Shown here: piece by piece, positions 46,460-56,380 of the stretch | Position numbering within the stretch: position 1 is the stretch's first letter | How the letters are laid out: each line of letters begins with the position of its first letter | IMG/VR virus record: IMGVR_UViG_3300006141_000006 | Reading direction: 5' to 3' (one strand) | Length of the DNA: 64,000 nucleotides | Origin: an uncultured virus (IMG/VR IMGVR_UViG_3300006141_000006) | Taxonomy: Duplodnaviria; Heunggongvirae; Uroviricota; Caudoviricetes | The notes under the pieces: generated by a model | Told to the model about the DNA's origin: nothing | Databases searched by the model: none | Seen by the model: the letters and a program-made list of their open reading frames with translations, nothing else | Made by a program: the position numbers and the translations under genes

Positions 46460-46514
46460 TTTTCCGAGCAGAGCCGGATTTTTACAAGTATGACCCGAAG
46501 AGGGGGTAAGGAGT

Positions 46515-46745
46515 GTGGACTATACTCTAATGAAACAGAGCGGTTTCCCGAAAAGATTACGCTATTTGCGTGACTGGCACCGGATGAAGCGCAAAACACT
46601 GGGAGAGTGTTGTGGTATGAGCAAGGATATGATTGGGAAATATGAACGTGGGGAACGAGAGCCTTCTGTTAAAAATCTTATTCGTCTTGCGGATTTTTTT
46701 AACGTGTCGACAGACTATCTCCTTGGGCGTGAAAAAATTTTTTAA
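46515..46745 (+). CDS. XRE HTH protein, candidate late regulator of phage B
   Basis: YERGEREPS...LADFFNVSTDYLLG; last gene before TerS. Confidence 0.8.
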   Translation: MDYTLMKQSGFPKRLRYLRDWHRMKRKTLGECCGMSKDMIGKYERGEREPSVKNLIRLADFFNVSTDYLLGREKIF

Positions 46746-46917
46746 GCTGCCCACCAGGAGGGGGAAAATTGCCTCAAACCTGTGTTATGATAAGACTACG
46801 GAGGTTCCTCCTGCCTCCGCATTCTTCCTTTTACGCCTTGCCTGGGTTGACGGGGGCGGCATTGCCGTCCCCGTACAGGCCCAATATTACACAAAATTTT
46901 CTTTGAGAGGTGGGGAT

Positions 46918-47433
46918 ATGGCATTAACACCGAAACAGGAACGATTTGTACAGGAATATTTGGTGGACCTCAATGCCACCGCTGCCGCGAAAAGAGCGGG
47001 ATACAGCGAGAAAACAGCCGGCGAACAGGCTGCGCGGCTGTTAACGAATGTTAAGATTCAGCTTGCAATTCAGGAGGCACAGAAATTACTTAGAAATCGT
47101 ACTGAGATTACCCAAGATATGGTCATCCGTGAAACGGCAAAGCTGGCTTTTTTCGATATTCGGAAGATGTTCGATAAAGACGGAAAGCCTCTTGATATAT
47201 CCAATCTAGATGATGATACAGCCGCTGCTTTGGTGGGGCTGGATGTTCAAGACGTGTATGAGTTCAACAACGACGAAAAGCAGTTTATCGGCTATATCAA
47301 AAAATACAAGATGGCTGATAAACTGAAAGCTTTGGAGCTTTTGGGTAAGCGATTCGGCACCTGGGAGCCGCAGAATAAACAACAGACCGCCGTGGAGGAC
47401 TTGACCGCGCTGGCGGAGAAATTGAGGGTGTGA
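46918..47433 (+). CDS. terS: Terminase small subunit (phage B)
   Basis: LTPKQERFVQEYLVDLNAT.AA.RAGYS; KLKALELLGK. Confidence 0.92.
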   Translation: MALTPKQERFVQEYLVDLNATAAAKRAGYSEKTAGEQAARLLTNVKIQLAIQEAQKLLRNRTEITQDMVIRETAKLAFFDIRKMFDKDGKPLDISNLDDDTAAALVGLDVQDVYEFNNDEKQFIGYIKKYKMADKLKALELLGKRFGTWEPQNKQQTAVEDLTALAEKLRV

Positions 47434-47437
47434 GAAG

Positions 47438-47662
47438 ATGGAATGGATTAGTGTGAAAGATAAAATGCCAACAGGGTATGTCTTTATTGAAGAAGGGCTT
47501 GCAGAACCAGAAGAATACATTGTCCATGTAAAAGGGGCGGAATCCTCCACAACAGCAATGTTTGATGGGGAAAAGTTTGTAAAATCTGTCTTTGAAGATA
47601 TCGGTGGATTTGCAGACGAGATAGATTATTGGATGCCGCTCCCGGAGCCGCCGAAATCATGA
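47438..47662 (+). CDS. DUF551-like protein
   Basis: MEWISVKD..P...WMPLPEPP. Confidence 0.8.
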   Translation: MEWISVKDKMPTGYVFIEEGLAEPEEYIVHVKGAESSTTAMFDGEKFVKSVFEDIGGFADEIDYWMPLPEPPKS

Positions 47663-48975
47663 TCCTCACCCAAACCATTCCATGGTCCGACTTTTCGGAC
47701 AAACACAAACGGTACATAAACACCGCAATAGACAACCGCATTTGCGTGGCGGAGGGGGCCATCCGCTCCGGCAAGACCATCGACCACTGCATTATTGCCG
47801 CAGCACACTTGGAGCTCTGCCGGGATAAAATCCACCTTGCCAGCGGCTCTACTATCGGAAACGCCAAGCTGAATATCGGCGTGTGCAATGGTTTTGGTCT
47901 GGAAGCCCTGTTCCGGGGCCGCTGTAAGTGGGGAAAATACAGGGACAATGAAGCACTTTTCCTTTACACGCAGACCGGTGAAAAAATCGTAGTGTTTGCC
48001 GGCGGCGGTAAGGCCGACAGCTACAAGCGCATCTTAGGCAACTCTTATGGTTTGTGGATTGCCACGGAGATCAACGAGCACTACGACAGCGATAACAGCC
48101 GTGAGAGCTTCATCAAAGTCGCCTTTGGCCGTCAGGCTGCGGCTCTGGACCCACTGGTTTTGTGGGACTTGAATCCCTGCAATCCAAATCATAAGATTTA
48201 CAGCGAGTACATAGACCATTACACCAAAACAAACCTGCCCGGATATCTCTACCAACATTTCACAATTGACGATAACCTGGCTATTTCAGATGACCGCCGG
48301 GAGGAAATCAAGGCGCAGTATGACCCTAACAGTGTGTGGTATCGCCGGGATATCCTGGGGGAGCGGTGTGTGGCGGAGGGGCTGGTTTACCCCATGTTCA
48401 GCGGCGATATGGTCGTGGACGAAATCCCCTGGCAGGCCCTTCAGCGCGGGGAGTGGTTTATCTCTGTGGATTATGGTACCGTCAATCCAACATCGGCGGG
48501 TCTGTGGTGCCTGTGGAAAGAAACCGCGTATAGGGTGGACGAATATTACTATGACAGCCGAAAACCGGGAAACCATCAGCAAACAGACGAAGAACACTAT
48601 ATGGGACTGAAAAAGCTGTCCGGAGGGCGGAGGATTCAGCGTGTGATCGTTGATCCTTCTGCCGCCAGCTTCAAAGAAACCATTCGCCGACACGGGGAAT
48701 TTGCTGTTTGGGACGCGAACAATCACGTATTAGATGGTATCCGCCTGACAGGGACGCTGCTGCAAACCGGACGAATCTTGATTCATCGGAACTGCGGGGA
48801 CTGTATCCGGGAGTTGGAATCGTACCGTTGGGATACGGAAGCTCCGGTGGACACGGTGATCAAAGAAAACGACCATGCAATGGACGATATGCGTTATTTC
48901 TGTGCAACAATCCTAGGACGTGAGCTGCGGGGGACGGGTAGCATTTATGAGTTTTATCGACCAGTTTCTGAATAA
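47659..48975 (+). CDS. terL: Terminase large subunit, PBSX family (phage B)
   Basis: GAIRSGKT, VDYGT.NP, DPSAASF, DHAMDDMRY. Confidence 0.93.
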   Translation: MILTQTIPWSDFSDKHKRYINTAIDNRICVAEGAIRSGKTIDHCIIAAAHLELCRDKIHLASGSTIGNAKLNIGVCNGFGLEALFRGRCKWGKYRDNEALFLYTQTGEKIVVFAGGGKADSYKRILGNSYGLWIATEINEHYDSDNSRESFIKVAFGRQAAALDPLVLWDLNPCNPNHKIYSEYIDHYTKTNLPGYLYQHFTIDDNLAISDDRREEIKAQYDPNSVWYRRDILGERCVAEGLVYPMFSGDMVVDEIPWQALQRGEWFISVDYGTVNPTSAGLWCLWKETAYRVDEYYYDSRKPGNHQQTDEEHYMGLKKLSGGRRIQRVIVDPSAASFKETIRRHGEFAVWDANNHVLDGIRLTGTLLQTGRILIHRNCGDCIRELESYRWDTEAPVDTVIKENDHAMDDMRYFCATILGRELRGTGSIYEFYRPVSE

Positions 48976-50356
48976 ATTCGGCTATGAAAAACGGGATAGA
49001 GAAACGATCCCTTCCGGGATCATTGAAAAAGAGTTCGGCGTACCGTCCGCTATATCCAGAAATATGGAGGACAACCTTAGCCTCTGGTGGCGGATGTACA
49101 CAAACCATCCGCCTTGGGAAACCTGTGAGGTTCGCCCTCTGGGAATTCCGGGGGCGATTGGGCGGGAACTGGCGCAGCACGCGCTTTCGGAGTTTTCCGT
49201 ATCCGTATCCGGCAGCGCGCGGGCGGAATACATCAACCAGCAGATGCAGCGTGCGTCGGCAAACTTTGGTAGTCAACTGGAAGCGGGGCTTTGCCTGGGT
49301 GGTATTGCCCTAAAGCCATACCCGGAAGGAGGGAAAATTTTGGTGGACGCCGTTTCCACAGGCTTTACCCCTACGCGTTTTGATGGGAGCGGGCAGGTCA
49401 CCGGCGGCGTATTCCAAAGCGTTCCCTTTCGGCAGAAGAACCAGTGGTTTATCAAATTGGAATATCACAGCTTCCAGCCGGACAAACACGGAGAGCCGGT
49501 CTATGTTGTGGAAAACCGGGCGTTTCGCAGCGGAAGGAGCGGAGGGATCGGGGCGCAGGTTCCGCTTTCTTCTGTAGCAGAGTGGGCAGACCTTGCAGAA
49601 CGCAGCGAGATTAAAAACCTGGAAGGCCCGCTGTTCGCCTATTTCAAACCGCCGGGCGTAAATCAAGTTGAACCGTCCTCTCCGCTGGGGATGTCGGTCT
49701 ATGCCGGCGCGGTCGTCGATTTGGTGCGGCAGGCAGATGAGCAGTGGGAAAAGCTACGGTGGGCTTATCATGCGGCGGAACCAAAGATCCTTACCGACGG
49801 GCTTCTGGACCCAGGACAGTTCGACAGCCGTCTTTTTATCGGCGGGCGTTTTTCCTCCACAGGAAACCTTTTTCAGATTTTTGATCCAGAAGTTAAAGAC
49901 AGCGCCTATTACCGCGGGTTCCAATACATCCTTCAGCGCATTGAGTTTGATACCGGCCTCGCCTTTGGGACGCTTTCTGACCCGCAAAGCGTGGAAAAGA
50001 CGGCAACAGAAATCATGGCGGCAAAGCAGCGGCAGTTTGTAACAGAAAGTGCGATCCAGCAAGCGTTCCAGAAAACGCTGGACGGCTTGATTTCCGCAAT
50101 GAACGCGTGGTGCGATTTAGGCGGCCTGGCCCCGCCTGGGGGATATCGAACGGATTATAATTGGGGGGACGGCGTCCTGGACGACCCGGAAACCAAGAGG
50201 CAGGATATGGCTATGGGGCTGCAACTGCTGAACGCGGCTATTATTGGGCCGGTAGAGTATCGAATGCGCTATTTTGGCGAAGACGAGGAGACCGCCCGCA
50301 GGATGCTGCCGGATACGGAAGATCTGGTGGATGAGGAACAGGACGAGGTGGAGTAA
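48947..50356 (+). CDS. Portal protein (A118/SPP1 gp6-like)
   Basis: SPLGMS.Y, IE...GL..G, KTATEI motifs. Confidence 0.88.
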   Translation: MSFIDQFLNKFGYEKRDRETIPSGIIEKEFGVPSAISRNMEDNLSLWWRMYTNHPPWETCEVRPLGIPGAIGRELAQHALSEFSVSVSGSARAEYINQQMQRASANFGSQLEAGLCLGGIALKPYPEGGKILVDAVSTGFTPTRFDGSGQVTGGVFQSVPFRQKNQWFIKLEYHSFQPDKHGEPVYVVENRAFRSGRSGGIGAQVPLSSVAEWADLAERSEIKNLEGPLFAYFKPPGVNQVEPSSPLGMSVYAGAVVDLVRQADEQWEKLRWAYHAAEPKILTDGLLDPGQFDSRLFIGGRFSSTGNLFQIFDPEVKDSAYYRGFQYILQRIEFDTGLAFGTLSDPQSVEKTATEIMAAKQRQFVTESAIQQAFQKTLDGLISAMNAWCDLGGLAPPGGYRTDYNWGDGVLDDPETKRQDMAMGLQLLNAAIIGPVEYRMRYFGEDEETARRMLPDTEDLVDEEQDEVE

Positions 50357-51937
50357 ATGCCGCGCTACCCCTTTACGCCGGAAATCCTGGACGCGCTCCC
50401 GGAGGAACTGGCCGAACTCTTTCGCGATCTGGAACGAAAGCTGCTGCAAGAAATCTGTTCCAGACTGAACGCGTCGGGACAGCTCAACGAGGTAACGGTG
50501 CAGAGCATTCGCGCCCTGCGCGCTCACGGCATTGACCTGAAAGAAATACGGCGGGCGATTGACGAGGCCACCGGCATTGGAGAGGCCCGGCTAAACGATC
50601 TTCTAAACGATGTTGTAGCCCGCAACCAGGCATATTATATGGAAATGATCGACTTGGCAAAGGTGACAGAGCCGGAAACACTCCTAAGCCATGAGGATAT
50701 TTGGGCAATCCAGGAACAGACCCGCGGAGAGCTGCGAAATCTGACGCGTTCTATGGGCTTTCTGGTGACGCAGGGCCGTCATAGGGTGATGCTGCCGCCT
50801 GCAAAAGCCTACCAGTGGGCTTTGGACAGCGCAGAGCTTCAGATTATGTCCGGGGCGATCAGTTACAATCAAGCCATTGCCGGCGCAGTACGGCATCTGG
50901 CGGAAAGCGGGTTCAAAACCGTCCGCTATGAGAGCGGGCACGTGGACAGCCTGGATGTCGCCGTCAGAAGGGCCGTTATGACGGGTGTGAATCAGATCAA
51001 CCAGAAATACCGCGAGCAATCCATGGACTACCTTGGTACAGATTTGGTGGAGGTTACGGCCCACCTGGGAGCGCGGAACATCGACGGCCCCAGGGGCTGG
51101 GAGAACCATGCCGCATGGCAGGGGAAGGTATACCATTGGGAAGCAAAATCCCGGGCATCCAAAGGGAAGTACCCAAGTTTTGAGGACGCCTGTGGTGTGG
51201 GAAGCGTTACCGGAATCGGAGGGGCCAACTGCCGCCACTCCTATTGGCCTTTCATCGAGGGCGTATCCGAGCGCACCTATACCGACGCGGAATTAGAAGC
51301 CATGAAGCCTGAGAACCGGCCCAAAATCCTGTTTGAGGGCCGGGAATATGACGATTACCAGGCCACGCAAAAACAACGGCAGATTGAGCGCGCCATCCGC
51401 AAGCAAAAACGGCTCAAAATGGCCTTTGAAGACGCCGGGCTGACCAATGAAGCGCAGTCCTCCGGTATCCGCCTGCGCCGCCTGAATGAAAAATACCGCC
51501 AGTTCAGCAGAGCGGCCGGACTGCCAAAGCAAAGAGAGCGGATGAAGGTTTCCTATGTGGATGAGGCTTCAAAAACGAGAGCATCGGCGTTGAGAATCCG
51601 AAGAATACGGGAAGCAATTCGTCGGGGCGATTATCCGCTCACCATCAACCCAGAAAAGCAAGCGCGGCACATGGCGGCAACTGCAATACCGGGGCGCAGC
51701 GTTATCACGATCCCACAGGAGGAATTGCAGAGGATCATCAATAAACAGGCCGGAAGTGGTCATATTGAACTTACACGCGGACTTGAATGGAAGAACAAGG
51801 AAATTGTTGATGTTGGGAAAGAAATTGGCTATACAGTAAACAAAAAAGGTGATATAATACCAGCGAGAAGTATTGCCATTCATTACAGCAAAACCGGCGT
51901 TCATGCTGTCCCAAATTCAAGGAGGTTGGAAAATTGA
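50357..51937 (+). CDS. Minor capsid (MuF-related) protein with C-terminal Ntox50-like toxin domain
   Basis: H.GAR, H..WQGKVY, GANCRH; tail INPEKQARH...GRS.IT...IHYSKTGVHAVP. Confidence 0.82.
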   Translation: MPRYPFTPEILDALPEELAELFRDLERKLLQEICSRLNASGQLNEVTVQSIRALRAHGIDLKEIRRAIDEATGIGEARLNDLLNDVVARNQAYYMEMIDLAKVTEPETLLSHEDIWAIQEQTRGELRNLTRSMGFLVTQGRHRVMLPPAKAYQWALDSAELQIMSGAISYNQAIAGAVRHLAESGFKTVRYESGHVDSLDVAVRRAVMTGVNQINQKYREQSMDYLGTDLVEVTAHLGARNIDGPRGWENHAAWQGKVYHWEAKSRASKGKYPSFEDACGVGSVTGIGGANCRHSYWPFIEGVSERTYTDAELEAMKPENRPKILFEGREYDDYQATQKQRQIERAIRKQKRLKMAFEDAGLTNEAQSSGIRLRRLNEKYRQFSRAAGLPKQRERMKVSYVDEASKTRASALRIRRIREAIRRGDYPLTINPEKQARHMAATAIPGRSVITIPQEELQRIINKQAGSGHIELTRGLEWKNKEIVDVGKEIGYTVNKKGDIIPARSIAIHYSKTGVHAVPNSRRLEN

Positions 51938-52158
51938 ATATCCCTGCTCCTGATATTTACTTTGGAAAAAGAATAAAAGTTTATTCTCCTGAAGGAGACG
52001 TTACAGTTGGAGATTTTTTCGGGTTTAGCTATGACTATGACGATGATGATAACGAAATCCTCGATTTTGACGTTATGCGGGAAGATGGTTTTTTGATTAG
52101 TTTTATAGAGGACGAGATTGAACGGATTGAAGTCATTGGAGATGTGAAAGATGCATAA
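51934..52158 (+). CDS. Small acidic candidate immunity protein
   Basis: Overlaps the toxin stop (TTGA), very D/E-rich, AT-rich. Confidence 0.7.
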   Translation: MNIPAPDIYFGKRIKVYSPEGDVTVGDFFGFSYDYDDDDNEILDFDVMREDGFLISFIEDEIERIEVIGDVKDA

Positions 52159-52336
52159 GAGTACCATAAATCCGGAAAGCTGGTATCGTTGCCAACACTG
52201 CGGAAAGGCCCTTTTCCCATTGCGAGAGGACACCCGCATTGAGCATATGCCGTTCCGATGCAAGGCGTGTAAGAATGACATTGAAGTGAACACATTCCCT
52301 ACAAAAATAAATAACCTAAGAGCCAAGAGCCTGTGA
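52151..52336 (+). CDS. Com-like zinc-ribbon regulator
   Basis: WYRCQHCGKAL...FRCKACK. Confidence 0.65.
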   Translation: MHKSTINPESWYRCQHCGKALFPLREDTRIEHMPFRCKACKNDIEVNTFPTKINNLRAKSL

Positions 52337-52392
52337 GCCAAGAGCCGTTAACCTGTCGGATATTCCGGCGGGCTGACGGCTCTTTATTTTTG
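52318..52392 (+). terminator. Four GAGCC repeats overlapping an intrinsic terminator
   Basis: AAGAGCC AAGAGCC TGTGAGCC AAGAGCC; stem AGAGCCGTTA...TGACGGCTCT then TTATTTTT. Confidence 0.75.
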
Positions 52393-52470
52393 ACCGGCCC
52401 GAAGTCGCAAAACTACGGGGCAGCGGTGGAGGCAACCCACGCGAAAAAAGCGAAGCTGCAAAGGAGAAGT

Positions 52471-53091
52471 ATGACACGGGAATTTTTGAAAACATTGGGC
52501 ATTGAGGACGCCGGCATTGACAAAATCCTGGATGAGAATATGCAGGACATCGGGAAAGAAAAACGAAAGACAGATGCGGCGGAAACGGCGCTGTCCACGG
52601 CGGAAACCGCGCTGTCCGCAGCGCAAGACGAGTTGGAGACGCTGAAAAAGGCGGGCAGCAATACCGCCGCTGTCCAGCAGCAGCTCGCCGACCTTCAGGC
52701 CAAGTATGACACAGATACCAACAGCTTACGCACGCAGCTGGCAGACCGGGACTATTCCGACGCCATCGCCCGCGCCATCGTCCGCAAGGCAATCAAGTTC
52801 AGCTCCAAAAGTGCGGAGCGGGCTTTTACCGCGGCCCTCAAGGAACAGAAGTTGGAATTGAAGGACGGTGAGCTGTCCGGCTTGGACGACTTCATCAAAG
52901 CCCAGCGGGAGGCAGACCCAGACGCTTTTGCGCCGGACAAACCCGCCGCGCGCTTTGTTACAGGCAGTGGAGGCGGGCACGGGGAGCCGCCCGAGAGCCT
53001 TCCGGAGAACGTGGTTCAGGCCAAAGAAATGGGCGCGGCGCGGGCTGCCGGTCGGAAAGCCTCTGCGGACATTATCAAAAATTATTTGTAA
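52471..53091 (+). CDS. Scaffolding protein (GP20-like)
   Basis: MTREFLK.LG N-terminus, coiled coil; AAGGAG RBS. Confidence 0.85.
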   Translation: MTREFLKTLGIEDAGIDKILDENMQDIGKEKRKTDAAETALSTAETALSAAQDELETLKKAGSNTAAVQQQLADLQAKYDTDTNSLRTQLADRDYSDAIARAIVRKAIKFSSKSAERAFTAALKEQKLELKDGELSGLDDFIKAQREADPDAFAPDKPAARFVTGSGGGHGEPPESLPENVVQAKEMGAARAAGRKASADIIKNYL

Positions 53092-53103
53092 AGGAGCGAA
53101 TTC

Positions 53104-53448
53104 ATGAAATTCAAAACGACTTCCATAGGCGGGACAGTTGAAATTCTTGCGGCGAACGATTTTGATGCAATCCCGTTCAGCGTGACCGAATCCAGTGTTG
53201 TCAAAGCAGGCACGCCCATGACGCTGGATGGCAGGAAAGCGGCGTCTGCCTCTGCGGACGGCATTCTGCTGTACGACGTGAACCCGGAGGAAAACCCAAA
53301 CGCCGCCCTGCTTGTGCGGGGTGTGATCGACCAGACAAAAGCGGAGGCCCATTCCGGCACGGCCTATGACGCCGCCGCGTTAAAAACAGCCGTTCCTGGA
53401 ATCGTCCTCCGAAATAATATCGGCGTAACTGCCGCTGATACAGAATAA
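53104..53448 (+). CDS. Head decoration protein
   Basis: VKAGTP, GILLYDV; precedes capsid. Confidence 0.75.
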   Translation: MKFKTTSIGGTVEILAANDFDAIPFSVTESSVVKAGTPMTLDGRKAASASADGILLYDVNPEENPNAALLVRGVIDQTKAEAHSGTAYDAAALKTAVPGIVLRNNIGVTAADTE

Positions 53449-53459
53449 GGAGGCTAATT

Positions 53460-54587
53460 ATGGATCTGAGAGAATTTTTTACTCCCGCAGCCATCGCCGC
53501 CCAATACAACGAGGCTGCCTCAAACAAAATCCCTTACCTGGGAACCGGCTTGTTTCCAGCGAAAAAAAAAGCAGGCTTGGACCTGAGCTGGCTGAAGGGT
53601 TCCAAGGGCTTGCCTGTATCCTTGATGCCCTCCGCTTTTGACGCGAAGGCCACCTTCCGGGACCGTATCGGCTTTGAAAAGCTGGAAACGGAAATGCCCT
53701 TCTTCCGCGAGGGTTTCAAGATCAAGGAAAAAGACCGGCAGGAATTGCTTCGGGTGCAGGACAGCAACGATCCTTACGCCCGCACTATGATTGACCGCGT
53801 TTTTGACGACGCCAACAACCTCATTGACGGCGCAAATGTAGTTCCCGAGCGCATGATTATGCAGCTGCTGTTCCCGGAGGACGGCGCTGCTGGGATCGCC
53901 ATTCAGGCAAATGGAATGGACTACACCTTTAATTACGACTTGGATGGAGGGTGGAAGAAGCACAACTACATGGCTTTGTCCGGCGGAGACCTATGGACGG
54001 CCAGCACGACCGCCGATCCTTTTCAGGTATTCAAAGCCGCAAAGGACCGCATCCGCAGCCGAACCGGCACAGAGCTGACGGTGGCAATCATGAACACCAC
54101 TACTTTCAATCTCCTGGCAGCGGCGGATGCTGTGAAAAAACGTTATCTGACGACCAGCGGGTTGACCTTGGGGTATCTCACGGACGACGAGGTAAAAAGC
54201 GTGGTCAGCGGAACATCCCGTATCCAGATTGCCATCTATGATAAACAGTATAAGGATGAAAGCGGAATTTCTCATTCCTTTGTCCCCGATGGCTATGTAG
54301 CGATGATCCCGACAGGGGACTTAGGCAGCACCTGGTACGGCACTACGCCGGAGGAAGCTGACCTGATGTCCTCCCCCAATGCAGAGGTGAGTATTGTCAA
54401 CACCGGCGTAGCGATCACGCGGGAGATTACTACGCACCCCGTCAACATCAATACATATGCCTCGGAGATCGTTTTGCCGTCCTTTGAGCGGATGGATGAG
54501 GTTGCGGTGATCAAAGTCACCGGCGGAGACAATGCAGCTGCTCAGAACAGCGAACCGCCTGTTCTGAAGGCCCGGAGCAAACAATAA
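53460..54587 (+). CDS. Major capsid protein (lambda gpE-like family)
   Basis: LFP, FDA....R, MPFF, G.TWYG.TPEE, VLPSF. Confidence 0.88.
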   Translation: MDLREFFTPAAIAAQYNEAASNKIPYLGTGLFPAKKKAGLDLSWLKGSKGLPVSLMPSAFDAKATFRDRIGFEKLETEMPFFREGFKIKEKDRQELLRVQDSNDPYARTMIDRVFDDANNLIDGANVVPERMIMQLLFPEDGAAGIAIQANGMDYTFNYDLDGGWKKHNYMALSGGDLWTASTTADPFQVFKAAKDRIRSRTGTELTVAIMNTTTFNLLAAADAVKKRYLTTSGLTLGYLTDDEVKSVVSGTSRIQIAIYDKQYKDESGISHSFVPDGYVAMIPTGDLGSTWYGTTPEEADLMSSPNAEVSIVNTGVAITREITTHPVNINTYASEIVLPSFERMDEVAVIKVTGGDNAAAQNSEPPVLKARSKQ

Positions 54588-54605
54588 AAGAAGGTTGATT
54601 GCCAA

Positions 54606-55028
54606 ATGGCTTATGCAGACTATGACTTTTACCGGAACGTGTATTGGGGAAACGCCATTTTTGAGGAAGACTTTCTCAGGCTTTCTGAACAGGCTTCCGA
54701 CTATATCAGGGCAGCCACAAGCGGCATCTCCGACCACGTAGACGGCGGACCGCTTGAGGCAGTGAAAAAATGTACCTGCGCCGTTGCAGACGTACTCTTG
54801 GACGAGAGTATCATAACCGCCAACGCGTTCAGCGGAGAACAGGCGGTTTCCAGTGAAACGGTAGGCGGATGGTCCAAAAGCTACCGGGTAGCGTCCATCT
54901 CCGCTGCGGAGACAGCGTATTTAAGCAGCCGTAAACAAGATGCATTGCGGCTGTACCTAGAAACGCTTCCGGCCTTTGCGCCGGTTTTCAAAGTAAGGAG
55001 TTTTTCATGCTTTCACCGCGCCGAATGA
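54606..55028 (+). CDS. Head-tail connector
   Basis: MAYADY.FY...Y.G, SETVG.WS.SY. Confidence 0.8.
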   Translation: MAYADYDFYRNVYWGNAIFEEDFLRLSEQASDYIRAATSGISDHVDGGPLEAVKKCTCAVADVLLDESIITANAFSGEQAVSSETVGGWSKSYRVASISAAETAYLSSRKQDALRLYLETLPAFAPVFKVRSFSCFHRAE

Positions 55029-55501
55029 ACGCACCGCGTCGGAAGGGCCAATCATACGGCGGCATGTTCCCACACACGGTCACCCTTTATAACGTCTCCA
55101 TCGAAGAAGATAAGGATTACAACGAGACGTTTATTAACCACATCACAATCCTGCGGGGCGTCCTGCTGGACGCCTCCAAGGCCGTCAATGTCCGCAGCAG
55201 CGGACTTGAGGGCGCGGATGCCGTAAATCTATACATCCCATTTTCTGTGGAGGCGGTAGACGGTATAACCGGGGAACCGAAACGTTATACCGGTCCGTTG
55301 GAGTTCTGGCGGAGAGCGGATAAATCTGAACTCTGGACGCTCTCCGACGGCGGAAATACCTTTTTCATCAAAGGCGAAGCCGTGGAACCAACCGCCACCG
55401 TGGAACTGATCGAAATGAAATATGACGGCGTGTATAACGTCACGAAGATCGACGAAAAGGATTTCGGAAACCTGAAACATTGGGAAGTGGGTGGTAATTG
55501 A
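55007..55501 (+). CDS. Head closure protein
   Basis: TVTLYN, terminal HWEVGG; start uncertain. Confidence 0.7.
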   Translation: MLSPRRMNAPRRKGQSYGGMFPHTVTLYNVSIEEDKDYNETFINHITILRGVLLDASKAVNVRSSGLEGADAVNLYIPFSVEAVDGITGEPKRYTGPLEFWRRADKSELWTLSDGGNTFFIKGEAVEPTATVELIEMKYDGVYNVTKIDEKDFGNLKHWEVGGN

Positions 55502-55915
55502 GTGAAGTTGAGGTTTGATATTACCATCAGAGGCATGGACCTACTTGGACGAAGAATGGCGCACGCCTCAAAAGAGGCAAAGCACGCTATGGCGGTCCAG
55601 GCAGCCAAAGATACCGAACCCTTTGTGCCTGCAAGGACAAAATCGCTGGCAAACCGAACAAAAGTCATAGATGATACCATTATTTATCCCGGCCCCTCTG
55701 CACACTATCTTTACATCGGGAAACTTTTCGTAGACCCGAATACCGGAAGCGCGTGGGCTCCGAGCGGCGCAACAAAAGTTATCACAGGAACTAATTTGCA
55801 ATACAGCAAATCCGTTCACAAAAAAGCCCAAGATCATTGGTTTGAGGCGTCCAAGGCGCAAAATATCGAGAAATGGATACGAGTTGCAGGAAGGGCTATT
55901 CAGCATGAGTTCTGA
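55502..55915 (+). CDS. Neck/minor capsid protein
   Basis: PFVP..T..L, A..HWFE motif. Confidence 0.75.
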   Translation: MKLRFDITIRGMDLLGRRMAHASKEAKHAMAVQAAKDTEPFVPARTKSLANRTKVIDDTIIYPGPSAHYLYIGKLFVDPNTGSAWAPSGATKVITGTNLQYSKSVHKKAQDHWFEASKAQNIEKWIRVAGRAIQHEF

Positions 55916-56366
55916 TAACAAACCTATTCAACTGGTAACACGGGAGGAGGAAGATAAAGTCTCCCGGAATCTGTTGAAATTTTTGAACACTTTCCCGGAT
56001 ATCCCGCCTTCCGTAGACGCAATCAAATACGAATTTTTACGGGATGACATTCCTGGTATGGCGCTTTCCACCGTTCAGGGGACATACATAGCCGAACGGA
56101 ATATTATTGGCGGGTATACGGCGGAATACCAATTCAAAATTATCTATCGTATGAAACCGGGCGACAGCATGGACAAGCGGTTAAAAGCAGATGAGCTTTT
56201 GAACCGCCTTGGAGACTGGGCATCCGGACAGACGCCGGATATCGGAGAGGGATTGTCCGTACAAACACTTGAACCGACGACCCGTTCTTCCTTATATGGG
56301 ATGTTTGAGAACGGCGACGAAGATCATCAAATATTTATGAGGCTTTTGTATGATGTAAAGCCTTAG
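55905..56366 (+). CDS. Tail terminator-like protein
   Basis: Synteny before major tail protein. Confidence 0.7.
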   Translation: MSSDNKPIQLVTREEEDKVSRNLLKFLNTFPDIPPSVDAIKYEFLRDDIPGMALSTVQGTYIAERNIIGGYTAEYQFKIIYRMKPGDSMDKRLKADELLNRLGDWASGQTPDIGEGLSVQTLEPTTRSSLYGMFENGDEDHQIFMRLLYDVKP

Positions 56367-56380
56367 AAAGTGAGGAAACT

